DNA of 64,000 bases from Prorocentrum cordatum (GCA_963575745.1 CAUYUJ010000111.1:1-64000); one strand, 5' to 3'. Shown: positions 25,613 to 38,760, numbered from the stretch's first letter. The notes: generated by a model from the sequence alone, not told the origin. Program-made: numbers and translations.

Positions 25613-28490
25613 CTAGCCGCTAGCCGCTTGCAGGTGCCGATCCCCCGGTTGAGCTCTCGCCTCTGGCCGCCGACCCCGAGTGTTTTGCGCGTTGCGGCCG
25701 CGGGCGCCACGCGGGCTGGAGAGGGCCCGACAAGGGCCCCAACCCAAGAGGGCGTTGAGAGGGCCCAGCGCCTTGTCACCACCTCCGCCCAGAGGGCTGG
25801 TGGATTCCGCGGAAAGAGGCGAACGAAGACGAGTGGTTGGTGAGAAGGAGGAGAAATTTCAGGAGGATGAGGACCAGGAAAGAAATTGCAGGGTCTTTGC
25901 AGAGCACTGCAGGGTTAGATGATTTTCAGGGTATCGCAGGGTCGTTGCAGTGTATTGCAGGGTCTGATTTGCAGGATATCGCTTAGCAGTGCATTGCAGG
26001 AACTGGGTATCGCAGTGGTCTGCGCCTGGGCCCCGGCCCCGGCCTGGTCTTTGAAGGCGGACGGTGCAGGGTAATGCAGGGGGGTCCAAGGGGGAAAGGG
26101 GAGGGTAAAGTTTACGGGATGTTGGGGGGGCGAGCTCTCTCAACCACCCTTGCCCAGAGGGCCAGTGGGGCTCGGGGGCTCGGGAGGGCGCAAAATAACG
26201 TAGCACGCCGCAATTGCTGATAAGAGCGAGGGCGCGGGCGGGCGGGCGCACCGTCTGTGACCCACTCGCGACCCACCCGCCTCGCGACCCGCCCGCGACC
26301 CATCGGCCCCTGACAAAAAAGAACAAGGAAACACAACACTCAACAACACAAGACAACACAAGCACAATGCAACTCAGAGGGCCCGACGGCTTGGGAAGGC
26401 ACCCTCAAGAAAGCCCCGGGAGGGCTCCAAGGGCCCCAAAGAGCCTCCATGATCATGGGGAATTCCTGGGGCCCTCTTGGGGGCCTCTTGGAGCCTTCTT
26501 GAGGCCCTCTAGGGTGCATTGAATCTTCTTAGAATCGGGTTTGAGGCCCTCTTCGGCCCCTCTGAAGGCCCTGGGGAGGGCCTGAGAGGGCCCTCTTGGA
26601 GCCGTCTTGGGCCCCCGGGTCCGCGATTGGATCTCCGCCCCCCCCGAGATCCACTCACCCCCCTCTGGGGGCCCTCTATTGGGCTCTCTTGGGGCCCTCG
26701 TGGAGCCCTCTGGGGAGCTTGTTGGGGGCCCTCTTGGAGCCGTCTTGGGCCCTCGGGTCAGCCTGATTGGATCCCCGCCCCCCCCGAGATCCAATCACCC
26801 CCTACTGCGGGACCTCTTGGGCCCTCTTGGGGCCCTCTTGGAGCCCTCTGGGGGGAGCCCTCTTGAGCCCGTCTTGGGACCCCGGGTCCGCCCGATTGGA
26901 TCTCCGCACCCCCGAGACCCAATCGCCCCCCTCTGGGGGCCCTCTTGGGCCCTCTTGGAGGGGGCTCTGGGGTCCGAGAGGGCCCCAAGAAGGCTCCAAG
27001 AGGCCCCCAAGAGGGCCCCAAGGCGCCTCCACGATCATGGAACCTTCCTGGGGCCCTCTTCGGGGCCTCTTGAAGCCGTCTTGGGGCCTTCTCGGGCCCC
27101 TCTGAGGGCCCTAGGAATGGCCCAAGACGTCATGATCCTCACAGCGGATCCCCACTGCAGCCGCGCACCCAGGGACACTGTAAGATCGTTCGGCCCCCTC
27201 ACTCTGATTTACAGGGGAGAAGAGCTTCACGCGCTTGCATGGCGGCGCTTCTGACCCAGTTCACTGATTCATATCAATTCATATCTGAATGACTTGGCAG
27301 GTGGCTCCTCGGACCCGGGGTGGGCGCCGTTGTCGCCAGAGGAGTCGTCGGCAACAGGGCTCGGGGAGCCAGACAAGTCATTGACAACGGGGTCCGAGGA
27401 GCCATTCGACGAGTCACTGTCTACGCAGGGGTGACCAGCACCGCGCAGCTCGCGCGGGCCGCCAGCGACAGTCGCACGCCCAGAGCGGTGTGAGAGAGTT
27501 AAACTTCCTATTCCTATACCTCTTCCTCTTCCCCGTCAATCTGCCCCGCCTCCTCCACCTGCGTTTCTTCCGCCCTCCCCTCGTCCTCATCCTCCCCTCC
27601 CTTCCCTTTCCACCTCGCCCCGCCCCCCGGCACCTCCTCCTCCTCCTTCTCCTCTTCTCCCCCCATCCTCTTCCCCCCCTCGCCTCCCCCTCTCCTTCTG
27701 GAGATGTCAAAGGGGCGGGCGCCGCGGCCCTCGACGGCCTCGGGCGCGCCGCGCCGAAGGCGGCTGCCGGTCTCAGGAGCTTTCAGGAATTTGCTCCCTT
27801 CCTCCTGCATTTCGGCTTCGTCTGCCCTCCCCGCCCTCCCTGCTCGCATTTGCTGCTGGCCCCCTGGGCCCTGGGCCCCGGGGCATCGAACTCATCGGTG
27901 GCCAGTCCTTGAGCCCCAGAGGCTACGGCTACGGCTGCGGCTACGTCTACGTTTACGTTTACTTTGCATCGATCTTCAATGCTTGCACTGAAGGACCCCC
28001 CTAGCGGACATGGGAGTTTTGCTCGAACATTTGATTGGGTTGTCTCTCAATACATTCGTATTAAAATTTGCTCAAGCTCGGGGCCAGGACCGCGCATAGT
28101 CACTGCCGCAGTCGCCCTGTCATGGCTTAATGATGCTTAAGCCTTAAATGCTTAAGTCTTAAGTCTCGATGCGTTTCGAAGCCCCCGCCTTGGCCCCGAG
28201 CCCCGTGCTGGACGCGCATATGGCCGCGCGTCTTTCCAGTGTTCGGCCCTCGTGTGGCTGGGCCCCCATGGGGGCCCTCGGCGCGCGGATGCGTCCTCTG
28301 CGGGTGGATCCAGCCGAGCGCGTGCGTGCGCGTGCATTGAGTTGCCGAAAGGCATAATCAGCGCCCCGGGTCCCAGAGAGCCATTTTAGCTCTGCAGTGA
28401 GGTAAGTCGCATTTTCGTGCGACCCGCCAACTACCAGGTACCGACGTTCCCTTGGCATTTCATTGTCAACAGATCGACTGCCGGCCAGAG

Positions 28491-31400
28491 ATGGCCGACA
28501 GCAACAACGTCGTGAATGGTGAGACGAAGATGGACGTGGATTCTTTTGAGGTCCCTGTCTTGGCGTGCTTCTCGTGTCACCGGAAGAGTTCGAATACCCA
28601 GTGGAATTGCTATGACGTGTACAAGCGCTCGACGGGCGATGTGCGCGTGCCGGTGAAGGACATCTGCGCCCCTTGCGCGTTGGGCGCGACCCTCGGTCAG
28701 TTCGGCACCTTCGCGCAGGTCAGGGAGAAGTGCTCTGCGGACAAAGGGTTTGGTGAGCAGCTCTGGGCCGCTGGGGCGATGGCCAAGGCTCGCGGCATCA
28801 CAGAGCGCGAGAAGTTCCCGCAGGAAGCAACCGACGGGGTGACCTCCACCAAGGTCCGCGTACAACAATTTGCCAGGATGACGGACGAGGCGGGCGTCAA
28901 GGAGCACTTCGGCAAGACGCCCGAGCAGCTCGGGATTTCAAAGTGGGAGTTCGATGGCCAGTTTGGGAAGAAGGTCGGCTACGTCATCGAGGACACGTCC
29001 AAGGAGCCGGTGATCACCTTCGAGATCGAGATAGGCTCGGAGCTCAGGGTCGCCAAGATGAGCCCCTCCAGGCAGATACGCGCTGGCCAAGGTACCGACG
29101 CCTTCAACAATGGGGTGCTCACCGATCGCAACACCTTCCCCGCCTACAGCGCCGCGCACCTCGAGAACAAGGTCTCGGAGATCAACAAGCAGGAGCTCGA
29201 GGCGCAAGTGGCTAGAGCGGAGGCTGGTGCTGCGCCGCCCATCGCAACAGGCAACACTGGAGTGGCCGAAGCTGCCGAGAGGGTCGTGGAGGTCGGCATG
29301 AGCCTGGACGAGGACGAAGGCTGGGACGCCGATGCGCCCAGCAAGAAGAGGGCCAAGAAGGGAGAAGGCAAGGGGGCTGGCCGCAACAAGGGCGGCAAGG
29401 CCAAGGGGGGTGGTCGCGGCAAGGCCCCGGCAAGTTCTGCTGCCGCACGCGCGGCCCCGGCAAGTTCTGGCGCCGCTGCTGCCTTGGCCATCCCCAAGAT
29501 GATGTCGCCGATGAAGCTGCCGCCAGCGTCGATCGGGGGAGGACCTGCTGGGACCCCTGAGAAAGCGGAGTCGGCCCCTGGTGACGATGCGAGCCAGTTC
29601 GGCGACGTCATCACCCCTGTTGGCAAGCGCAGGACCAGGGCACCAGACGACTACATCTCGCAGTTGGGCCAGTACGAGTCGATCCTCAATGGGTCGTACA
29701 AGACCGTGCTCAAGGACACCTACCAAGTGACCCGCCTCATGAACTCCCTTGTGGACGACTCCAGCGGGAAGGTGTCCAACCCGAAGTTGTGCACGAAGCT
29801 CAAGCAAGCGAGGGAGAATGCAGTCGTGTGCAAGGAGTTGACGCCTGACAACATTGCCATCGCAGATGCGGAGGTCTTGCGGACCAACACCAAGGCCGTG
29901 ATCAAGTTCGTCTCACCGCTCCCCGTGATCACCCGGGTGGCTTTCTGGCACCGCGCTATCAAGATGGCCGTTGTGGAGTGCAGGTGGGCGGACTTGATGA
30001 TTCTACTGAGCGCGCAGCCGTCGGAGGACCGAAGGGCGTCCAACTTTTTCTCAGCACTTACCTCTCTACCTCTTCTCGTCTTCTCCTCGTCACCGCCCTT
30101 CTCTGCTCCCAGGTCTTCGCCTTCCTCGCCTCCGTCTTCGCCCTCGCCATCCCTTTCCTCCTTGCCCGGAGTCGATCGCCTCGGACAAGGGGGATGGGGG
30201 CGGGAGAGGACGACGACGAGGACATGGGCGAAGGAGCGGTCAAACATAGGGGCGATGACGAGGAAGGGAGGTGGATGAGGAGAAGGGTTGCGGCCGCTCG
30301 GCCCTCCGACATTACAGAGGGAGTAACTGCGCGGCACAGCGTTGCCGACGCCTTCGCCGAGATCGGAGAGGAGCGGGGGGTGGACAGGGGGAAGCAGGGG
30401 TTTGCTCAGCTCAGATTTCTCGCGCTTGACGCTGCCGAAACATCAAATTATCTGGTGGTGAGGTCTTGTGAAATCCAGGCGCTATGCCGCTAATCCATTG
30501 GGCTAGCTAGCAGCTATCTGCTCGCCACGTTCGAGCTTCGCAAGTTCGATCCAACGGGTCGTTTGCTGGGTCGTGCAGGGTATTTCAGGGTCGTTTCCAG
30601 TCGTGTTTTGCAGGGGTCTGTACAGGGTCTTTCGAATGGATGGTTGCAGGCTCTTAGCTTGTCATTGCAGGGGTCTTCGCAGGGGTGTTTCTTGCAAGGT
30701 TTATTCCAGAAGGGGGTCCAGGGGTGATGGTGGTGACTAGGAGGTCATGAGAAGTTGGAATAATGAGCAGGGCTGGTGGGACTTCGGGGCCCTGGGCCCC
30801 CCGGCCAGGCCCTTAGTTTCTATCCCTGGTTTGGGGGTGGGGCCCAGCCCGGTGCGGGAACATCCCTCGCGTGAAGCTGCTCGCTCGCTCGCTCTCCCTG
30901 AGAATGTGCTCGCGTCGGTTGGCCTCGGGTTTTTTTCCCAACCATCCTGTGGTGTTGGGTCCTCGTTTTGAAGAGACGGTGCCCGCGTCCTCTCCTCTCC
31001 TCCTCTTCCCCCTCCTCCCTCCTCCCCCTCCTTGCCTCTGCTCTCGGCACACCTCTCACGCGTTTCGTAGCCCCATAGGGAGCTCCACCGAAGGCCCCAG
31101 TGGGGGTGTCCACATGCGGTTCCCCCACCCAGGGCAGCGTTTCGTGGCCCCATAGGGAGCTCCACCGAAGGCCCCAGTGGGGGTGTTCCACATGCGGTTC
31201 CCCCACCCAGGGCAGCGTTTCGTAGCCCCATAGGGAGCTCCACCGAAGGCCCCAGTGGGGGTGTCCACATGCGGTTCCCCCACCCAGGGCAGCGTTTCGT
31301 GGCCCCATAGGGAGCTCCACCGAAGGCCCCAGTGGGGGTGTCGCATGCGGTTCCCCCACCCAGGGCAGCGTTTCGTGGCCCCATAGGGAGCTCCACCGAA

Positions 31401-34400
31401 GGCCCCAGTGGGGGTGTTCGCATGCGGTTCCCCCACCCAGGGCAGCGTTTCGTGGCCCCATAGGGAGCTCCACCGAAGGCCCCAGTGGGGGTGTTCGCAT
31501 GCGGTTCCCCCACCCAGGGCAGCGTTTCGTAGCCCCATAGGGAGCTCCACCGAAGGCCCCAGTGGGGGTGTTCGCATGCGGTTCCCCCACCCAGGGCAGC
31601 GTTTCGTGGCCCCATAGGGAGCTCCACCGAAGGCCCCAGTGGGGGTGTCCGCATGCGGTTCCCCCACCCAGGGCAGCGTTTCGTGGCCCCATAGGGAGCT
31701 CCACCGAAGGCCCCAGTGGGGGTGTTCGCATGCGGTTCCCCCACCCAGGGCAGCGTTTCGTGGCCCCATAGGGAGCTCCACCGAAGGCCCCAGTGGGGGT
31801 GTTCGCATGCGGTTCCCCCACCCAGGGCAGCGTTTCGTAGCATAGGGAGCTCCACCGAAGGCCCCAGTGGGGGTGTTGCGCGGTTCCCCCACCCAGGGCA
31901 GCGTTTCGTGGCCCCATAGGGAGCTCCACCGAAGGCCCCAGTGGGGGTGTCCACATGCGGTTCCCCCACCCAGGGCAGCGTTTCGTGGCCCCATAGGGAG
32001 CTCCACCGAAGGCCCCAGTGGGGGTGTCCACATGCGGTTCCCCCACCCAGGGCAGCGTTTCGTGGCCCCATAGGGAGCTCCACCGAAGGCCCCAGTGGGG
32101 GTGTCCACATGCGGTTCCCCCACCCAGGGCAGCGTTTCGTGGCCCCATAGGGAGCTCCACCGAAGGCCCCAGTGGGGGTGTTCGCATGCGGTTCCCCCAC
32201 CCAGGGCAGCGTTTCGTAGCCCCATAGGGAGCTCCACCGAAGGCCCCAGTGGGGGTGTTCGCATGCGGTTCCCCCACCCAGGGCAGCGTTTCGTGGCCCC
32301 ATAGGGAGCTCCACCGAAGGCCCCAGTGGGGGTGTCCACATGCGGTTCCCCCACCCAGGGCAGCGTTTCGTAGCCCCATAGGGAGCTCCACCGAAGGCCC
32401 CAGTGGGGGTGTCCACATGCGGTTCCCCCACCCAGGGCAGCGTTTCGTAGCCCCATAGGGAGCTCCACCGAAGGCCCCAGTGGGGGTGTCGCATGCGGTT
32501 CCCCCACCCAGGGCAGCGTTTCGTGGCCCCATAGGGAGCTCCACCGAAGGCCCCAGTGGGGGTGTCCGCATGCGGTTCCCCCACCCAGGGCAGCGTTTCG
32601 TAGCCCCATAGGGAGCTCCACCGAAGGCCCCAGTGGGGGTGTTCGCATGCGTCTCCACTACCCAGAGGTAGCGCCGCCGAAAACGATATTCACACTTGCG
32701 GTATTCACAGTTGCATATGGTTGGGTCCTTCGCCAGGCTAATTGTTTTTCAGGAGCTGGCGGTCCGGCCACGGACTATGGCCGTGCAGGGTCTGTCGTGC
32801 ACCCTGCCAGGCCTGTCGTAGACTCTTCGTAGACTTTGGCGGGCCTGGCTTGGGCCTTTCCTGGCCCGAGGGGGAGGCCCGCAAAACTTACCAACTGCCC
32901 CCATGCACCATTGTAAGCTCTGCCGGGTAACGGCCATCCTGGCGCCCAGACCAGCACCCAGAGGATATCGAGACGACTTTCCAGGGTGACCCGATCGTGT
33001 TCTGCTTCAGCCAGATCTACCCCGACTTGCAGGGCCTGGACGCGAAGGTCGATTGTTTCTTGGATGTGGTAGTCGAGCGCATATTGATGCCCATGGTGGT
33101 GTCAACGTCTATGGCCGATCGGCACTGTTGCATGTTGAATGCGGCTAAAACAGTCGTCAACGCAATGCAGGCGTTCAAAGACGTCGAGACACAGAAGCTG
33201 CCTGTCGTATGGACTGAGGCGGCATCCATCATCCGAGGGATGGTCGGCCTCTTGAACCCCATGCCGGGTGCCATGGGCTGCACCGAGGAGGACATCGATT
33301 TCGCCGTCTCTGCTGGGTCGGCAGAGGGCCGCGCCATTACGGGAAGCCTCCGCGACGTTGGCGACCCCGAGAAGGTGACGGAGTCTGGCGCCAGCTTGGA
33401 GATTCTCCAGAATACCATTGCCACGGATCCCCTGTTCTGTCAGAAGTACGCAGAGTGCGAGACGGTGTTGCTCACTGAGGGCGGCGCTGCGACACTGATG
33501 GAGAACTGCATGGACATCTTGACTGGGGAGCTCAAGTTCTTCGACGACCTTCCTACCGAGGGGGATTTCCAGCTCAGCGAAGACGAGGGCGACGCCGCTC
33601 AAGCTCTGTGCGCTGTGAAGTCTTTGACGAAGGTCGTGGTTGCCCTCCCCCAGGTGGTCTCTGGTCTCCGCGCAGGTGCGACGCTCAAGATGGAGACGGC
33701 CTTGTTGGCGAAACTTGACGTGGCTATTCGCGTGGTCTTGGGCTCCCCCCAGCTGGTCCAGGCAGCGATGCTGCTCGAGTTCTACGCAGCGTTGGAGGAA
33801 GCTGTCAACACTTGCAAAGACGTGGAGTTGAAGATGAAGTTGAAACTCAATCTCAGCAAACTTTCGGACGCCCAGCATGCCAGTGCATCGTTCCAGAAGC
33901 TATGCAAGCTCACGCAGGCCGTCGAGGGTGCCAAGAGCGGTGACTGGGACGCGTTGACTTCGCAGTTGCCTGGGTGCAAGGGCTTGTTGTTCAGCATCGG
34001 CGACAGGAATCGAGAGATCGTGGATGCGTTCTTGAATGAGAGGGTTTCTTACGTGGCTACCCAGCCCCTGACTGAGTGGGCCAATGCGATGACGGTGAAG
34101 ACTCTTGTCGCGCTCCAATGCTTGTGTCGCATTGCGGCGCCCGTGCCGGCAGCTTACGACGGCCTCCTCAAGACAGCGATCAGTTTGATCCATCTCCATG
34201 GCAAGATCGCGTCCTTCCCTGGCGCTGAGGAGCGCCTGAACAAGTTCTTCGGGAAAAAGGGTGACGATACGCAGGAGAGATGTCTTTGCGTCTCCGTTTT
34301 TTCTTGCTGTCGCCTCCGCCCGGGGGTGGGGGAGGAGGAGTAGGCGGGGTGGGAATGAGGAGGATGAGCGAGGAGGGGGGCTCAGGGAGGAGTTTTTCTC

Positions 34401-35077
34401 TGGCACGGCTTTGGAGTGAATGCGGAACGGAGCACCGCTACCAGATCGATGAGCTCATCCAGATTTGCCAGAAGGATCGCCCGCCTGTCGTCGACACGAG
34501 CGGCGTTCCCAGCATCCGTGATCACTACAAGCTCGACGCCGAGTTCGACAGGACGGTGACTGATTGCCAGACGCTGGCCTCGGACTGCATCAAGAAAGGA
34601 GCTGAGATGATGGTAGAAAACACGAAAACACTCCTGGCTGAGTTTGAGCCGACCGCACTTGGCGGCAGTGACAACAACGAGTCATGGAAGGCCAAGGTGG
34701 ACAATGCAGCCGATGTGCATCAGGTGACCGAGGCGGCCAAGTCGACCTTGCTTACGATCAACATGCCTACGTTCACTAAGCAGTGTACGGACCTGGAGAA
34801 GTCGGTCTCCAAGACGTCCGCCTTCATCCATAAGTACAAGGATATGCCGTTCAATGGCTTTGATTTGTCGCCAGAGCTGGCCTGGTTAGAGCAGGTCGTG
34901 GAAGTGGTCCGTGCAGGCAGGATCACGATCGCAGAGTTCACGTTCCTTGATCCCGCAGTCACCCGCGAGAAGGTCTCGAAGGAGTTGAAGCTCTTGAAAT
35001 CCTGCGGGGCTTCCCCGAGCAAATTGCATCCTGCGCTTCACGCGCGCGCGCAGCAGATTTTGGCCGATCAGAAATAA
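28491..35077 (+). CDS. Large multi-exon hypothetical protein with N-terminal CxxC...CxxC Zn-finger, basic NLS-like patch and helical C-terminal region
   Basis: Long ORFs with GC-rich third codon positions at 28491-~30030, ~32950-34275 and ~34405-35077. Motifs CFSC..CAPC and KKRAKK. Confidence 0.7.
31060..32652. repeat. 77 bp minisatellite, ~21 copies, intronic
   Basis: Unit GCGTTTCGTRGCCCCATAGGGAGCTCCACCGAAGGCCCCAGTGGGGGTGTYCRCATGCGGTTCCCCCACCCAGGGCA; ORF-track starts recur every 77 bp. Confidence 0.97.
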
Positions 35078-36174
35078 TGTGCCTTGTAGCGGGGGCTCGG
35101 TGCAGCTGGCTGGTCAGCCAACCCACTCCGCGTGGGATCTGTTTTATTTTTATCTTTGCAGCAGGCTGTCAGCCTCTGGTGACCTTGATTGGAGATGCGC
35201 GGGCTGCAGTCATTATGCTTGCCCGGTGCACTGAGTTCGTTCGAGTTGTAGCTCGGTCCTTCGGTCCCTTTATCTTGTTTTTCCAAGCGAGTCGAAGCCT
35301 TGGCGGGCTCCTGGGCCCACGACTTGGGGCCTGGGCCCCAGGCCTACTCCACCTGCCCTGCTATTTGAACTTACATCGTCCTTGGGTCGCCCCGCCTGCC
35401 CGGCCCTAGCGGCCCTAGCGGCCCTAGCGGCCCTAGGCCCTAGCGGCCGTTGCTAGCTCAGGGGGCCCTGGAGCTCAAGTCCTAAGGTCCTAGGTCCTAG
35501 ACTTTGCTTGGCCCCCTGTGGCCCTCACGCGGCACAACTGCTCAGACTAGAAGCTAGACTAGACTCTAGACTCTAGACTCTAGACTCTAGACACTAGACT
35601 CAGACTAGTGACTAGACACTAGAGAGTAGAGCGACTAGGCTACTCCAGACTCTAGACTCTAGACTCTAGACTCGAGGCTAGGTCCTAGTCTCCTAGTCCT
35701 AGGTCCTAGGCTTCAAGCTCGAGGATCAGAAATCTTGAGACTCCTGCCATGAACCATCCTATCCAGCTGCGCTGCGGCTGAGCCGCTGGAGCACACTCAG
35801 ACGCCCCACACGCAGCTCACTTGCGTGTATCACGACGAAGTCTTTTCGCGCCATTCCGTCGGCAGCCCTCCATCCTCCCTCATCTCTCCTCCATCCAGTC
35901 TCCCCCGCCCTCTCCTCCCCCCATCCGCATTTCTCCCTCCTCCCGCCATCCCCTCCGCATGCTCCCTCCGACCCTCTCCTCCCTCCTCTCGCGGGCCGAC
36001 CAGGTGCTGATGACGCCATATTTTTCTCCGGCTTGACATGTGATTCCTCGCCCCTGCACCCCCCTCCAGCGCGTTTCGATATCCGATATCCTTCCATTCC
36101 TTTTTGGCCTGAGCTTCGCAGTGCAGCCGCACGTGCCAGAGTAGAGAGTAGAGAGAGAGAGAGAGAGAACAAAC

Positions 36175-36227
<53 letters not shown>

Positions 36228-37499
36228 AGGGGGGCCACGACGACGACGATGACGACGACGATTGGGACCTTACAGACTCCAAGAGAGAGAGAGAGACACA
36301 CACAGAGAAAACGATATAGAGGCGACAGAGAGAAGCACAAGTTCCGGAAATCGAGAGCGAGAGGGATAAATATATGGATAGAATTGGATAGATAGAGTCC
36401 TAGAGTCCTAGAGTCCTAGAGTTAGAGTCTAGAGTCTAGAGTCGAGTCTAGAGTCTAGAGTGAGAGCGAGAGGGATAGAGTCTAGAGAGACAGAGCGAGA
36501 GAGAGAGAGAGAGATACAGCAAGTGCAGCGGCAATTCCTGTGCACGGGGCCTTTCGTGCCAAGGTGGAGGTACATGCCACCGTTTACTTTTCTTCCCCGC
36601 CGTCGTGGGCTTCCGGGGCGATGGTCTCAGGGAGCTGCGGTGGCGCGTCCTGCTGTGCGCGTGTCTTAACTTAAATTATTATTGAAGACCTAGCGTTTCG
36701 AGATGAGAAAAACAAGGAACCAAAGGGCTCGGCAAGGAGCCGAAGGGAGTCGCAAGCGGCTGGGCCCCGGCCCGATCTGAGTAGGACCGGAGGAGGAGGA
36801 GCAGGAGGAGGAGGATGGGGAGGGGGAGGCCCGGTGGTGGAGGGGGCCCGGGGGAAGAGGACACATGGTTTAACTTAAGTTGCAGTTGCATGTCACGCGT
36901 GACATTGCGACCTACAATTTCAGGTTGTGTTTTGGCCATGGCTTTTCGGGGTCTGGTAACAATGACACCGCAGAAAACCCCGAACAGACGTCCGAGCGAG
37001 GCGACCCCCTCTTGAAGCGGGGGCCCTCTGAGGGCCTGTCTTGGGACGCTCCGAGGAGCTCGGAGTTCGGAGGAGCTCGGAAGGGCTCTTGGGGTCCCAA
37101 TTGCGGGCCCTCTTGGACCCTATGGGGCTCTAATTGGCACAAGGCGACTTTTGAGGGGGATTGCCCAAGAGTGGCCCCGAGAGAGTCCCCCTAAGGCCCA
37201 ATGCGGCTCCAAGAGGGGCCCAAGGGGAACCAAAAACTACGTTGAAGCGAGATGCCGCGGCATCTCGCTTTGTGGCCCACTGGCCGAGAAATGGCGGCAG
37301 ACCTGGAAGACCCCCTTTCCCTCAAGACACTTCTGGCTCACGGCAGGCCCGCGCCGGTGTCGACCTCGGCGTGCCGCCCAGCCCGAGCTGCGAGGGACCG
37401 CTCTCTGACTTCTGCCCGCGGCGGCCCAAACTCCCGACGGGCGCTCCCTGACCCCCCCCCGCCCGAGCCGCTCCAGGAGGCCCGTCTGGAGTGCCGACT

Positions 37500-37508
37500 C
37501 CGTCGTCG

Positions 37509-37546
<38 letters not shown>

Positions 37547-37547
37547 T

Positions 37548-37581
<34 letters not shown>

Positions 37582-37990
37582 TCGGCGTCGGCGTCGGCGT
37601 CGTCGTCGTCGTCGGGGGTGGGGGTCCTGGGCAATTTAGGTAGAAGAACACCTTGTACGATACATCGGGGAACATCCAGCAGAATATTTCATGCGACAGC
37701 GAAGTCCGCGAGTTAATATTAATCATTATGCTCAGGGCCTGGCAACCACCAGATAGGCTCGAAAATGAGAACGTGTCACCCCTCGGTCTCCACCTCGGTC
37801 TCACACGCCCCTTTCAAGCGGTTACTTCCGAGCGTATCTGGTGGTTGCCAGGCCCTCTGCATAATATTGACTCGCGGACTTCGCTGTCGGATGAAGTATT
37901 CTGCTGGATGTTCCCCGATGTATCGTACAAGGTGTTCTTCTACCTCAATTGCCCGCGACCCCCACCCCCGACGACGACGACGACGACGAA

Positions 37991-38021
<31 letters not shown>

Positions 38022-38036
38022 ACGACGACCGACGAC
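37500..38036. repeat. Long foldback (MITE-like) inverted repeat
   Basis: ~37575-37770 is the reverse complement of ~37822-38036, e.g. GTAGAAGAACACCTTGTACGATACATCGGGGAACATCCAGCAGAATA versus its complement at ~37897-37943. Arms end in (CGT)n/(ACG)n tracts. Confidence 0.9.
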
Positions 38037-38760
38037 AAATTAGGATTGGAAACAGATGGCGCGCGTAAACCACATGTTCGGAGACTGCGTCCCCCTGGCG
38101 ATGGTAGTTGGGCGGTCTCCTACTCGAACTCCTCCTCCTCCTCCTCCTCCTCCTCCTCCTCCTCCTCCTCCTCCTCTTCCTCCTCCCCTTCCTCCGTCCC
38201 CGCGAGCGCTCCTTCTCCGTAGGCACTGCTACTGGAACCCGCCCGAGGATTGCTTACTTTCGAGAGGGGGGCAGGCCGCGGGGGCGAAACGCTGGGGCGC
38301 TCGAGCGAGAAGATTTTATCCTACTCGCATCCTCCTCCTCTTCCAACCTCTCACGCCCTCTCCGCCCATCTCTCTTAAGGCCCCCAGAGGTCCTCCTCCT
38401 TCTCCTCCCCCTCCTCTTCCTCCTCCTCCTCCTGTCCCTCCTTCCCCTCTCGAGGACGACGAAGGCGAGGGCGGCGAGGATTAATGATTATGAGGCGGAA
38501 GTCAACGGCGCATGGAGGAGGAGGAGGAGGAGGAGGAGGAAGAGGAATGGGAGGAGGAGGGTTGAATTGTTGACAACATGCGGCATGGATTTGGGTCGAT
38601 CAATTCCAAGGGCGCATGGGCGCGACGATAGGTGATTTATAATCAAAAAGGGCATCCTGAAACGCGCGCCTCTGAAATCGATAGGTTCAAAAGACAGCGT
38701 GCGTAGTTCGATAGGCGCTCGCGACCGCTGGCGTGCATCCAAACATTGCCCCCTGGCGAA

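Noticed and set aside
31060..31140. Hammerhead or HDV-like ribozyme in the 77-mer
   Set aside because: A stem followed by GAAAC exists on the minus strand, but there is no CUGANGA core, and I could not build an HDV pseudoknot by eye.
31060..32652. CRISPR array, or 500-600 aa minus-strand proteins
   Set aside because: Units are contiguous with no unique spacers and no cas genes nearby. The ORFs are artefacts of a stop-free 77-mer.
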